A stretch of 64,000 nucleotides of DNA from Spirochaetaceae bacterium (GTDB lineage Bacteria > Spirochaetota > Spirochaetia > DSM-2461): the NCBI GenBank assembly GCA_051531975.1, contig JAOPTT010000013.1:96001-160000 (forward strand), written 5' to 3'. A program made the translations under genes and the position numbers. The notes below the pieces were generated by a model that saw only the letters and a program-made list of their open reading frames with translations, was not told where the DNA came from and ran no database searches. Shown piece after piece: positions 41,708 through 51,560 of the stretch (position 1 is the stretch's first letter; each line of letters starts with the position of its first letter).

Positions 41708-43060
41708 TTATTGTCTCTCATATGAGGAAAGCATTTTTAATTCCTTCCTGTATTTTGAAACAGTTCTTCGTGCAAGGTCTATACCTTTCTCTTTAAGTAT
41801 ATTAGATATTTTCTGATCTGACAGTTTTTTTTCACTTTTATTTTCAATTATTATTTTTTTTACTATTTCCTTCACACTTTCTTTTGAGTGATCTCTACCT
41901 GATTGTGAACTGATAATAGCGTTTGAAAAAAAGTATTTTAGGTTGTAAATTCCCCAATCTGTCTGAATATATTTATCGTTTGTGATCCTTGATATAGTAC
42001 TTTCTGATAGATCTGTTTCTACTGCAATTGTTTTCCTTGTTAGTGGCTTTATATTTCCTGGACCAAATAAAAAGAATTCTTTTTGGTTTTTGACAATATG
42101 ATTTATTGTTTTTAAAAGTGTTGAGTTCCTCATTGCAAGTGATTGAATAAAACTATTTGCACTATTAACAGATTTTTTTGCAAATCTTTTAACTTCTTTA
42201 TCATTGTCCAAAATAAAACTTGTGAAATCTTCATTTATTGAAAGAGATGGAATATTGTCTTCTTTTAAATATACATTTATCTCTTTTCCTTCTTTTTTTA
42301 CATGAGCTTCAGGAATAATATATTTAGAAAATCCTGTGGAAAAGTCTGAAGTTGGATGGGGATTTAGGGTTTTTAAATATACATAAACGTCATTTAATTC
42401 ATCATCAGTTAAATTGTGTTTTTCTGCTAATAATTTCTTTTTACCTTTAGTTAATAGTTCAATGCTGTCGGTTAATATCTCTATAGTTTCTTCTGGATAA
42501 CGTTTTAATATCTGGGTTTGAACAATTAGGGACTCTACTCTATCTTTAACACAAATACCAATAGGGTCCAATTTTTGAATGATACTGATCACATTTGACA
42601 TCATAGGCCATTGTTCTTCGTTAAAAAGTTCCTGGGGATCAATTATATGAAATCCATAGGAGTCTAAATTGCTTATTAATATCTCTCCTATCGTTATTTC
42701 AATTTCAGATAACTTACATAGTCTTAATTGGTTTATTAGGTAATCAATTAAACTTTCAGCTCTTGTTTGAGTTCCTTCAATAAATTCATTTATTGATTTA
42801 TCAGAATTCTTCTTTTGATAACCTGGGTCAGAACTCTCTTCAATTATATCGATATCTGCTGATGAGTATTCAGCTTCTTCGATATCTTTAACTTCTTGTT
42901 CCTTTTCTACTAGTTCTAAAGCTGGATTATTTTCAAGTTCTGCATTAATTTCAGCTTGTAAATCTAAGAGAGGCATGGCCATTAGTTTTACCGTTTGTAA
43001 CATCTGGGGGCTGAGTTTTTGTGTTTGTGTCTGTATTAATGATGGTCCCTGGTGCAGCAA
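41708..43060 (-). CDS. rpoN: RNA polymerase sigma-54 factor
   Basis: Q-rich N-terminus, NPALE, ESTISR, RpoN box ARRTVSKYR; TTG start. Confidence 0.97.
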   Translation of the reverse strand: MLHQGPSLIQTQTQKLSPQMLQTVKLMAMPLLDLQAEINAELENNPALELVEKEQEVKDIEEAEYSSADIDIIEESSDPGYQKKNSDKSINEFIEGTQTRAESLIDYLINQLRLCKLSEIEITIGEILISNLDSYGFHIIDPQELFNEEQWPMMSNVISIIQKLDPIGICVKDRVESLIVQTQILKRYPEETIEILTDSIELLTKGKKKLLAEKHNLTDDELNDVYVYLKTLNPHPTSDFSTGFSKYIIPEAHVKKEGKEINVYLKEDNIPSLSINEDFTSFILDNDKEVKRFAKKSVNSANSFIQSLAMRNSTLLKTINHIVKNQKEFFLFGPGNIKPLTRKTIAVETDLSESTISRITNDKYIQTDWGIYNLKYFFSNAIISSQSGRDHSKESVKEIVKKIIIENKSEKKLSDQKISNILKEKGIDLARRTVSKYRKELKMLSSYERQ

Positions 43061-43086
43061 TTATTTCCTCTTTTCTAAATATATTA

Positions 43087-43872
43087 TTACATAGAAAATG
43101 ATTTTCCTAAATATATATTTCTAGCTAATTCGCTGTTTATCAACTCTTCTTTTGTTCCACTAATAAGAACTTCTCCGACATTCATAATATATGATCGATC
43201 AGTAATTTCTAGAGTATCTCTAACATTATGGTCAGTAATTAATATTCCTATGCCTCTTTTTGAAAGATCTTTGATTATTCCTTTTATTTCTTGTACAGCG
43301 ATAGGATCAATACCTGCAAATGGTTCATCTAAGAGTAAGAACTTAGGATCAATAGCTAACGACCTTGCTATTTCTGTCCTTCTTCTCTCTCCACCAGAAA
43401 GTGTATAAGCCTGCTGTTTCCTAACTTTTTTTAAGCCTAAGTCGTTTATTAAAGTTTCTAATATTTCAGTTCTTTTTTCTTTTGTTAGCTCTTTTCGTGT
43501 CTGTAATATTCCTAGAATATTGTGTTCTACAGATAGTTTTCTAAATACTGATGCTTCTTGTGGAAGATAAGATACCCCAATACGTGCCCTTTTAAACATT
43601 GGCAATTTTGTAATATTCTGATTGTTGATATACACATTTCCACTTGTAGGATGGATGAATCCTGCTATTATATAGAAGCTTGTTGTTTTCCCAGCACCAT
43701 TAGGACCTAATAACCCTACGATTTCCCCGGATTTCATGGAAAAACTTATATCTCTCACAGCTCGAGTTTTTCCATAGTTTTTTTCAAGCCCTTCAACACT
43801 TAAAGTCGCCTCACCATTAAGATGTTCAACTTTTTTTTTGCTTTTCATGTTTTTAAATATTTTAAGGTTCAT
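43087..43872 (-). CDS. lptB: Lpt ABC transporter ATPase LptB
   Basis: GPNGAGKT, YLPQEASVFRKL, LSGGERRR, LLDEPFAGIDP, ITDHNVR. Confidence 0.96.
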   Translation of the reverse strand: MNLKIFKNMKSKKKVEHLNGEATLSVEGLEKNYGKTRAVRDISFSMKSGEIVGLLGPNGAGKTTSFYIIAGFIHPTSGNVYINNQNITKLPMFKRARIGVSYLPQEASVFRKLSVEHNILGILQTRKELTKEKRTEILETLINDLGLKKVRKQQAYTLSGGERRRTEIARSLAIDPKFLLLDEPFAGIDPIAVQEIKGIIKDLSKRGIGILITDHNVRDTLEITDRSYIMNVGEVLISGTKEELINSELARNIYLGKSFSM

Positions 43873-44494
43873 TTTGACTCTCTTCGGTTATACTTCCCTT
43901 TACCTTTCCTTCCATTATTATATCGTTATTATCTAGATTTATAGTAATTTTACTTGCCTTAAAAATATCCTCACCTTTATATACGATTGGATCCCCAGTA
44001 AGAATCAGCTGATTTAAGTTACTGTTGTATTCTGCAAATTCACTCCTACATACAAGGTCTTCATTGATAATTCTAACTTTAATTTGAATGATAGTTATTG
44101 AAGTCTCTTGGAATGATTTAATATATTCACCTTTAATAATCATGTCATTCTTTTCATCTTTCATCATTGCATTTCCAGTTATTGTTGCTTCTTTCTTCTC
44201 ATTATCATAAAGCATCTTTTCACTAGTAATAATAAAGTTTTCTTTTGTATTATGGATTCGAACATTATCTATACAATCGGCAAATCTATAATCTTTGCCA
44301 TATAGTTCAATAATATCTGCATTTATATCCAGAGTATCTGTTTTTATATATGCATTTCCATTTAGAGTACTTCTTTTATTGTGTTCCGCAAATGAAGATT
44401 CAGATTGGTCGCTACCAAAGAGTAATCCATCTGAACCATTTATCAGATTTACTGAAAGAAGTATCATTAGTAGAATTATAATTACATTTTTCAG
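43862..44494 (-). CDS. lptA: LptA/OstA family periplasmic protein
   Basis: Beta-jellyroll repeats (L.GNA, ADII, LTGDP.V); between lptC and lptB; start probably CTG 44494 (track ATG 44467). Confidence 0.82.
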   Translation of the reverse strand: MKNVIIILLMILLSVNLINGSDGLLFGSDQSESSFAEHNKRSTLNGNAYIKTDTLDINADIIELYGKDYRFADCIDNVRIHNTKENFIITSEKMLYDNEKKEATITGNAMMKDEKNDMIIKGEYIKSFQETSITIIQIKVRIINEDLVCRSEFAEYNSNLNQLILTGDPIVYKGEDIFKASKITINLDNNDIIMEGKVKGSITEESQNEP

Positions 44495-45039
44495 TATGTA
44501 GCCCCTTTTACATTATTACTAAATGAATATGTACTTTTTTTTAAATTAGCTGAAAACCCTGCACCTTCAATTGTTGACCCATCATCTTTTATAACAGATA
44601 TAGTTGAATAGTCATCACTAAATATAGTTTTTTCTTCACTGTTCCATTCCAGGACTTCTCCAATGATTTTTATTTCATCTTTTTTTGAGACGAAGTTTAA
44701 ATTCCCAGTTAGTTTTGCATTCTCAGTATCATTATAGTATACAATTGTATCAGCTTTCCCAACAGTTAAAACTGTTTGGTTATCTGTATTATATTCTATA
44801 AATTTTACGTTAAGTAATGTAGTTCTATTTTTGTCATTATATATTTGTGCTTTTGAGGCTTCAATTTCAGTGTATGGAGTATTTTTCTTCATTTGAATTA
44901 ATTTGAAATTTATCATTTCTGTATCAGGAATGTCTTCTGATTTTGTTGTAATTTGTGATTGATCATCGTAATTAACAGTACAGCCTGCGATAATGCAGAC
45001 TGTAATAGCCACTAATAATTTATTTAATTTTTTTTCCAT
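44491..45039 (-). CDS. lptC: LptC family protein (predicted lipoprotein)
   Basis: Synteny with lptA/lptB; L.W......I.SD and G.GF...L pattern; IIAG-C lipobox. Confidence 0.8.
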   Translation of the reverse strand: MEKKLNKLLVAITVCIIAGCTVNYDDQSQITTKSEDIPDTEMINFKLIQMKKNTPYTEIEASKAQIYNDKNRTTLLNVKFIEYNTDNQTVLTVGKADTIVYYNDTENAKLTGNLNFVSKKDEIKIIGEVLEWNSEEKTIFSDDYSTISVIKDDGSTIEGAGFSANLKKSTYSFSNNVKGATY

Positions 45040-46633
45040 TCCTCAAACTTTCTTCAATGAATTTTTTAAAAAGAGGTCCAGCATTAATAGGTTGCGATGT
45101 AAATTCAGGATGAGCTTGCACTCCAACTGCCCATGGATGGTTTGGCCATTCAACAGCTTCAACAAGTTTACCATCAGAAGTTGTTCCACTTATGATTAAC
45201 CCCGACTTTTCAATTACATCTTTAAATTCATTTGAAACTTCAAGTCTGTGTCTGTGACGTTCAAATATATTTAAAGAACCATAAGCTTCAGCTATTTTAG
45301 TATTAGGTTTTAAAACAGATTCACTTAATCCAAGTCTCATCGTACCACCATAATCTGTAATATCGACTTGGTCTTCTAACAGAGCGACTACATTATTTGT
45401 TCCCTCTGGTCTGAATTCAGAACTATCAGCTTTTTCCATTTTCAAAATGTTTCTTGCCCATTCTATAACCATAACCTGCATACCTAAACAAATACCAAGA
45501 CATGGAATTTTGTTTTCTCTAGCATATTTTGCAGTTTGGATCATTCCAAGAACGCCCCTCTCTCCAAAACCACCAGGAATAATCACTCCATCAATACCTT
45601 TTAATGCTTCGCCAGGATCTTTTAATGTCTCTATGTATTCTGCATCAATTTTAATAATATTTACTTTGGCTTTGTTTGCAATACCACCGTGAATTAGAGC
45701 TTCGTCAACAGATTTATAGGCATCTGCTAACTCTATATATTTACCTACAAAAGCTATGTTTGCTGTAACTTTTGCTCCTTCATAAGAGCTTCTTACTTTT
45801 TTCCACTCTTTAAGATTGGGTTTCTTTGGCTCTAATTGAAGCTTTCTACAAACAACTTCATCTAGTCCTTGCTCACTATAAATTTCCGGAATAGCATATA
45901 AGGTTGAATCCACATTATGGGCAGATATAACAGCTTCAAAATCCATATTTGTAAATTGAGATATTTTCTTTTTCATATCATCAGGAACTGGCTTATCAGC
46001 TCTACAAAGTAGAACATCTGGCTGTATACCAATCTCTCTCATAGATTTTACAGAGTGTTGTGTTGGTTTCGTTTTCGCTTCTCCACCTGAAACAGTTGGA
46101 ATTAGTGTTAAGTGTACAGATAAGGCGTTATTATGCCCTAGGTCATGGATTAGCTGCCTAACAGCTTCCAGATAAGGTATAGACTCTATGTCTCCTACTG
46201 TTCCTCCAATTTCTACGATTGTTACATCAACATCAGCCGAATTTCCAATAGCTCTAATTCTTCTTTTTATTTCATCAGTGATATGTGGAACTACTTGGAC
46301 ACATTTCCCAAGGTATCGTCCCTCTCTCTCTTTTTTTATTACAGCTTCGTAAATTTGCCCTGTAGTAATAGAGTTCTCTTTACCTAGAGGGGAGTGGGTA
46401 AATCTAGCGTAATTACCTAAATCAAGATCGGTTTCTGCTCCATCGTCAGTAACATATACTTCCCCATGTTGGTATGGACTCATAGTCCCTGCGTCAACAT
46501 TAATATAAGGGTCAACTTTAATCATTCTAACTTTGAGATTTCTGCTTTCTAAAATACTTCCTAAGGAAGAAGCAGCTACTCCTTTTCCTAAACTGGAACA
46601 AACTCCACCTGTGACAAATATATATTTCTTCAT
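45020..46633 (-). CDS. pyrG: CTP synthase
   Basis: KYIFVTGGVCSSLGKG, DPYINVD.GTMSP, GICLGMQ, QAHPE. Confidence 0.99.
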   Translation of the reverse strand: MKKYIFVTGGVCSSLGKGVAASSLGSILESRNLKVRMIKVDPYINVDAGTMSPYQHGEVYVTDDGAETDLDLGNYARFTHSPLGKENSITTGQIYEAVIKKEREGRYLGKCVQVVPHITDEIKRRIRAIGNSADVDVTIVEIGGTVGDIESIPYLEAVRQLIHDLGHNNALSVHLTLIPTVSGGEAKTKPTQHSVKSMREIGIQPDVLLCRADKPVPDDMKKKISQFTNMDFEAVISAHNVDSTLYAIPEIYSEQGLDEVVCRKLQLEPKKPNLKEWKKVRSSYEGAKVTANIAFVGKYIELADAYKSVDEALIHGGIANKAKVNIIKIDAEYIETLKDPGEALKGIDGVIIPGGFGERGVLGMIQTAKYARENKIPCLGICLGMQVMVIEWARNILKMEKADSSEFRPEGTNNVVALLEDQVDITDYGGTMRLGLSESVLKPNTKIAEAYGSLNIFERHRHRLEVSNEFKDVIEKSGLIISGTTSDGKLVEAVEWPNHPWAVGVQAHPEFTSQPINAGPLFKKFIEESLRNGKKIK

Positions 46634-46787
46634 GTAAAAGAATTATTATTTTAATGACTATAATTGTCAATTACATGAGCCATTAAAAGGGCTTATGAGG
46701 TGATAATTTTATTAGAATTACCAAAAAATTAACTAGCATTTTATACGTAACTATATAATAGTATAGGATAGGTGGAAAAAATATAGT

Positions 46788-47600
46788 ATGTCAGTATTAA
46801 CAGATATCGAGTTTGGAAAATTTAAAGAGCTAATATATTCTGCAAGTGGTATTCACTTTACCGAATCAAATAGAACTATTCTTGAAAGCCGGATTAGAGA
46901 AAAATTAAGAAAATCTACATTTGAAAATGCTAACGAGTATCTAGAATTAATAAAAAAAGATGAAAGTGAGCTGAAACAATTTTTAGATTCAATTACAACA
47001 AACTTAACCCGTTTTTTTAGAAATAATGCTCATTATAATGTTTTTCAAAAGTTTGTAATTCCAGATCTTATTGAACATAAGAGGAAAATAGGAAGTAAAG
47101 TTATAAAATGCTGGAGTGCCGGTTGTTCAACTGGTGAGGAACCATATACAAATGCTATGGTTTTAAAAGAATGTCTTCCTGCAGACTTTAAAATAGAAGT
47201 TGTTGCTTCGGATTTAAGTCTTAAATCTTTAATGACAGCTCAAGAAGGCTTTTATTCTGATATGAAAGTTAAAGGTATACCAGAAAACTATCTAACTAAA
47301 TATTTTACTAAGGCAACTGGTGGATATAGAGTAAAAGATGAAATAAAAAAAATGATTACATTTGACTATCATAACTTAAAATTTGATAGTGGGAAAAGAA
47401 ATCTTGATATAGTTTTTTGTAGAAACGTTTTAATTTACTTTGACGAAGCTGCACAAAAAAATGTAATTGATCGTTTTTGGGACGCCATGAGTAATCATTC
47501 TTATCTATTTATTGGTCATTCAGAATCTCTATTTGGTATGAACACTTCATTTGAGTTTCTTAGAACAGAGTGGGCTTGCCTTTACGGTAAGAACTTATAG
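46788..47600 (+). CDS. cheR: Chemotaxis methyltransferase CheR
   Basis: TTNLTRFFR, WSAGCSTGEEPY, FCRNVLIYF, GHSES. Confidence 0.97.
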   Translation: MSVLTDIEFGKFKELIYSASGIHFTESNRTILESRIREKLRKSTFENANEYLELIKKDESELKQFLDSITTNLTRFFRNNAHYNVFQKFVIPDLIEHKRKIGSKVIKCWSAGCSTGEEPYTNAMVLKECLPADFKIEVVASDLSLKSLMTAQEGFYSDMKVKGIPENYLTKYFTKATGGYRVKDEIKKMITFDYHNLKFDSGKRNLDIVFCRNVLIYFDEAAQKNVIDRFWDAMSNHSYLFIGHSESLFGMNTSFEFLRTEWACLYGKNL

Positions 47601-47611
47601 AGGGGAAAGAT

Positions 47612-48736
47612 TTGGATAAAATATCTGTAATGATAGTAGATGACTCTGTATTGATGAGAAAACTAATAGGTAAAATATTAGAAGATGATCCAGATATAGA
47701 AGTTGCTGCAAAAGCAATGAATGGAAAATTCGCATTATCTAAAATGAAATCACATGAACCTGATTTAATAATTTTAGATTTAGAGATGCCAGAAATGGAT
47801 GGTATCACCTTTTTAAAAGAGAAACATAAATTAAGTAATAATATTCCTGTAATAATTCTTTCTTCTATTGCAACTAAAGGCGCTTCAATAACAATGGAGG
47901 CTTTAAGTCTAGGAGCATCAGATTTTATAACAAAGCCTTCAGGATCTGTATCATTAGATATAGCAGAAATAGGTGAGAAGTTAAAATCTCTAGTTAAAGC
48001 TTATGGAAGAGATTATAGAAGACGACATAGTTCTCTTTCAAAACCAACAATGACTACATCACAGGTTCCTACTAGACCAGTAACTAGGGTGGAAATTAAA
48101 CCTGTTAGCCCTAGAAGCCGGGATTGGGAAGAAATAACTCCAATGTGTAAACATGGTAAGTTTGAAATTCTTGCAATTGGTATATCTACTGGAGGTCCAA
48201 ATGCTTTAAGAAAAGTTTTTGCGATGATACCAGAGAACTTTCCACTTCCAATTGTTGTTGTACAACATATGCCAGCTGGATTTACAAAAGAGTTTGCAAA
48301 GGGTCTCGATAGAATATCTCCCTTGAATGTTAAAGAAGCTGAAGAAGGTGATTTACTAAAAGCTGGAAGAGTTTTAATCGCACCTGGTGATAGACACGTT
48401 AGTGTTGAGAGAAAATCTTTAGGTGGAATAATTCATTTAGAAAACTCAGCCTTAGTTAGTGGTCATAAACCTTCTGCAGATGTTCTTTTTAAGTCAGTAG
48501 CTAAAAATTATGGAAAAAATTCTGTAGCTATTATTATGACTGGAATGGGGAAAGATGGAGCAAAAATGATTGGTGAAGTTTATCGAAATGGTGGCTACAC
48601 TATGGGGCAAAATCAAGATTCTTGTGTTGTTTATGGTATGCCAAAAGTTGCTCAAGAACATGGTTATTTACATGAGCAGTTTTCACTTATTGATCTACCA
48701 AATAGGCTAAATAGCTTAGTTACAAGCGGTACATGA
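47612..48736 (+). CDS. cheB: Chemotaxis methylesterase CheB
   Basis: REC plus STGGP, VQHM, MTGMGKDG; TTG start with GAGGGG SD. Confidence 0.97.
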   Translation: MDKISVMIVDDSVLMRKLIGKILEDDPDIEVAAKAMNGKFALSKMKSHEPDLIILDLEMPEMDGITFLKEKHKLSNNIPVIILSSIATKGASITMEALSLGASDFITKPSGSVSLDIAEIGEKLKSLVKAYGRDYRRRHSSLSKPTMTTSQVPTRPVTRVEIKPVSPRSRDWEEITPMCKHGKFEILAIGISTGGPNALRKVFAMIPENFPLPIVVVQHMPAGFTKEFAKGLDRISPLNVKEAEEGDLLKAGRVLIAPGDRHVSVERKSLGGIIHLENSALVSGHKPSADVLFKSVAKNYGKNSVAIIMTGMGKDGAKMIGEVYRNGGYTMGQNQDSCVVYGMPKVAQEHGYLHEQFSLIDLPNRLNSLVTSGT

Positions 48737-49183
48737 TCCACAATCTTTACATTCTTCCTTTAGTTTATTAAGACTCTCTTTACTCATTATTTTAGTGATT
48801 GTAGGGAGGGTTTCTTTATAACCCAATTTTTTTATTAGTTTAGTAACTAAAAAACTACCTGCCATCATTACAAGAGATATTAGTGCTGCTACCTTTTCAG
48901 ATTTTAGACCTAGTGCTATTAGTATTCCATAAGTAACTAAAAATGTTACTAAAGGTAATATCAGAACTATGAATGTTGCTAATATTGTTTTACCTTCAGG
49001 GATGAAATACTCTACAGCATCTCCCTCTTCTAAATTATATTCTTCTGGATTAATTACTTTGAAATCAAGCTTCTTAATATTCCAAAACTTACGTTCTGTT
49101 TTTTCTTTATCTCCAAAATCAGTAATATGCATAAGATATATTTCATTTTGTTCTATTCTATTTACAATTGCTGTACTATTCAT
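48716..49183 (-). CDS. RseC/MucC-like membrane protein with C-terminal CxxCxxCxxC
   Basis: EGDAV, ILPL..F and two TMs resemble RseC; ends CKDCGSCTACN. Confidence 0.6.
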   Translation of the reverse strand: MNSTAIVNRIEQNEIYLMHITDFGDKEKTERKFWNIKKLDFKVINPEEYNLEEGDAVEYFIPEGKTILATFIVLILPLVTFLVTYGILIALGLKSEKVAALISLVMMAGSFLVTKLIKKLGYKETLPTITKIMSKESLNKLKEECKDCGSCTACN

Positions 49184-49979
49184 TTTCTTCCTTCTTTATT
49201 GGTAATCTTACAGTTTCTATAGATTCAGGTTTGTCTTTATCGTTGAAACTTACAATAACACCTTGTAATTCAAGTTTATTATTATAATCTTTTGATCTTT
49301 TAGGGATACCAGTCATTAACTTTTCTATCTCTATCTCTGGTAAAAGACCTCCCGTTGAGTCTGAACTACCAGTTCTCCCTGTATCGGTAATAAAACCAGT
49401 TCCTTTTTTTGTTATTTTTGCATCAGCTGTAATCGATCTTGATCCTGAACCTATTAAAACTTCAACTTTTCCATCGATAATATGTAACATTAACTGCTTT
49501 TCAGCTGTTGTTTTTGAGTGTAAGTTAATTAATATTATATCACTGTTATCTCTTAAACGTTCAATTAGGCTTTCAACATAAGTAAATGGGTTACTTGGGT
49601 GGTTTCGAGTTATCCCAGATGGTCCTAATAGATTGATTACCCCAATTCTTTTGTCTCCACCTTTGTAGATATTCCATCCGCGACCAGGAGTTTTTGGGGT
49701 ATAATTGGCGGGTCTTAGAACAAAAGAAGATTTAGGTAGGAAGTCTACGAGATCTTTTTTAAAAAAAGTATAATCCCCTCCAGTTAATACATCTATTCCT
49801 GAATTCTTAAGTGTTATAGCATGGTTTTTACCTAGACCAAAACCACCTGTAGCACCATTTGCATTTGCAACAACAAAATCAATATTATGACTTTTTTTAA
49901 TTGCTTTAATGCCTTTTCGAGCAGCATATACACCAAATTTTCCAACAATTTCACCAATAAATAATATTCTATAACTCAT
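49176..49979 (-). CDS. YmdB/TIGR00282-like metallophosphoesterase homologue, probably catalytically degenerate
   Basis: RILFIGEIVG, LRPANY...PG.G, NPF, ITDTG scaffold motifs; metal ligands substituted. Confidence 0.8.
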   Translation of the reverse strand: MSYRILFIGEIVGKFGVYAARKGIKAIKKSHNIDFVVANANGATGGFGLGKNHAITLKNSGIDVLTGGDYTFFKKDLVDFLPKSSFVLRPANYTPKTPGRGWNIYKGGDKRIGVINLLGPSGITRNHPSNPFTYVESLIERLRDNSDIILINLHSKTTAEKQLMLHIIDGKVEVLIGSGSRSITADAKITKKGTGFITDTGRTGSSDSTGGLLPEIEIEKLMTGIPKRSKDYNNKLELQGVIVSFNDKDKPESIETVRLPIKKEENE

Positions 49980-50062
49980 TAGATAAAGAATATGTTATTA
50001 AATCTTTTTTGAATAGAGGAAATCTCACTATTGATATAATATAGTTATAGTAAGGAGTTTAT

Positions 50063-50536
50063 ATGTCTGATAAAAATGATTTTCAATTTGGGAAAATGGT
50101 AGAGAATTTTATAGGAACAGCCAAAAATATTACTGAAAACATTGTGCAAAAGGGTGAGGAATTTATAAAAGATTCTGGAATACAGGAATTAAAAGATTAT
50201 TATCCTTTTTACTCATGGCCTCCATTAAACTTATATGTTAGCGAAGATAGTTGTCTTATTTTTGAGTTTGGTTTATCTGGTTTTATCAGAAGTGATATTA
50301 CGATAGGTTTTGAAGACGATTATATGGTTATTAATGCCAAACTATCTAATTTATATAGTACAGGCTCAAATGAGCGTACTTTTAAAAACAAATTAAAACT
50401 TAAAGATATTGTTAATCAGAAATATTTTGTTCCAGAAGATAAGTTTGATAGAAAAAAGTATTCAGTACATATGAAAAATGGTCTTATGAGGATTGTCTTT
50501 TCACCAATTCCTGGGAGCGAACTAGTTTTTAATTAA
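50063..50536 (+). CDS. Hsp20/alpha-crystallin family protein
   Basis: PPLNLY, FEF.LSGF...DI.I, M.NGLMRI.F. Confidence 0.75.
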   Translation: MSDKNDFQFGKMVENFIGTAKNITENIVQKGEEFIKDSGIQELKDYYPFYSWPPLNLYVSEDSCLIFEFGLSGFIRSDITIGFEDDYMVINAKLSNLYSTGSNERTFKNKLKLKDIVNQKYFVPEDKFDRKKYSVHMKNGLMRIVFSPIPGSELVFN

Positions 50537-50995
50537 TAAACTTATAACATGGGCCTCTATTGCTCTATTTTCTCCAGTAGCATCAACACCTTCTTTGGTT
50601 TTTCCTTTTATGGAAAGTTGTTCTGGAGATATTTGTAATAAAGGGCATAGTGACTGTTTTATAGCATCTATAAATGGTTTAATTTTTGGCTTTTCCAGTA
50701 TTACTGTGCAGTCCATATTACCAATAATATAACCTTTCTCTGAAATTTTTGAATAACACTTATTGAGAAGTATCATGCTAGATATATTTTTCCATTTGTT
50801 ATCACTTGGAGGAAAGTGTGTCCCAATATCTCCCAGAGCTAGTGCACCAAAAAGTGAGTCAATAATCGCATGGATAAGAACATCTCCATCAGAGTGAGCC
50901 TCTTCCCCTAAATGATAGGGAAGGGTCACACCTCCAATGATTAAATCTCTTCCTTGAATAAGTTTGTGCAGATCGTAACCTAATCCAATTCGCAC
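50522..50995 (-). CDS. ispF: 2-C-methyl-D-erythritol 2,4-cyclodiphosphate synthase
   Basis: RIGLGYDLH, HSDGDV.IHA, GDIG.HFP; GTG start. Confidence 0.96.
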   Translation of the reverse strand: MRIGLGYDLHKLIQGRDLIIGGVTLPYHLGEEAHSDGDVLIHAIIDSLFGALALGDIGTHFPPSDNKWKNISSMILLNKCYSKISEKGYIIGNMDCTVILEKPKIKPFIDAIKQSLCPLLQISPEQLSIKGKTKEGVDATGENRAIEAHVISLLIKN

Positions 50996-51495
50996 TACTT
51001 CTCCATTGTACTAAAGATAATTTGGTCTGTGTCGTCTTTTGAGAGTTCTAGAGATATTGCAAGTTCATTTCTAAGTAGTGATAGTGCATTATCGTATAGT
51101 TTTCTTTCAAGAATAGGTAACTCTTTAAGTTTACTTCTTCTGTATAACATTCTAACGACCTTCGCAATATTTAAAGTATCACCTGTTTTTAATAAATCTA
51201 TATTTGTCTGATATCTTAATTTCCAATCAGTTATTACAGCTTCATCTTCCTCAGATAATGTTTTTAATGCTTTGTTGGCATTATTCTTAGATATTACTGG
51301 TCTAATACCTAGCTCTTCTGCTTTTTCCACAGGAACCATAATTGTCATCTCGGATTCTTCTAAGTAGATTACATAGTATAACATTTCTACACCCTTGAAG
51401 GTTCTGTCCTGTAATCTTTCAATTTTTCCTACACCTTGTAAGGGATATACGATGTATTGATTCTCTGTAAATGTGTTTTTAGTCTTTTTAGCCAT
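50995..51495 (-). CDS. carD: CarD/CdnL family RNA-polymerase-binding regulator
   Basis: VYPLQGVG.I, YYV, VPV....GIR, conserved W (DWKLRY); start moved to ATG 51495. Confidence 0.9.
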   Translation of the reverse strand: MAKKTKNTFTENQYIVYPLQGVGKIERLQDRTFKGVEMLYYVIYLEESEMTIMVPVEKAEELGIRPVISKNNANKALKTLSEEDEAVITDWKLRYQTNIDLLKTGDTLNIAKVVRMLYRRSKLKELPILERKLYDNALSLLRNELAISLELSKDDTDQIIFSTMEK

Positions 51496-51560
51496 ATTCA
51501 TTATATTAACTAAAAAATAACCGGTAGTCAAACAAACGTCATGGTATTATACTTCACTTT

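Noticed and set aside
46674..46697. Hairpin CATGAGCC-N8-GGCTTATG as a pyrG attenuator
   Set aside because: It lies upstream of the predicted pyrG -35, has no U-tract, and pyrG appears leaderless
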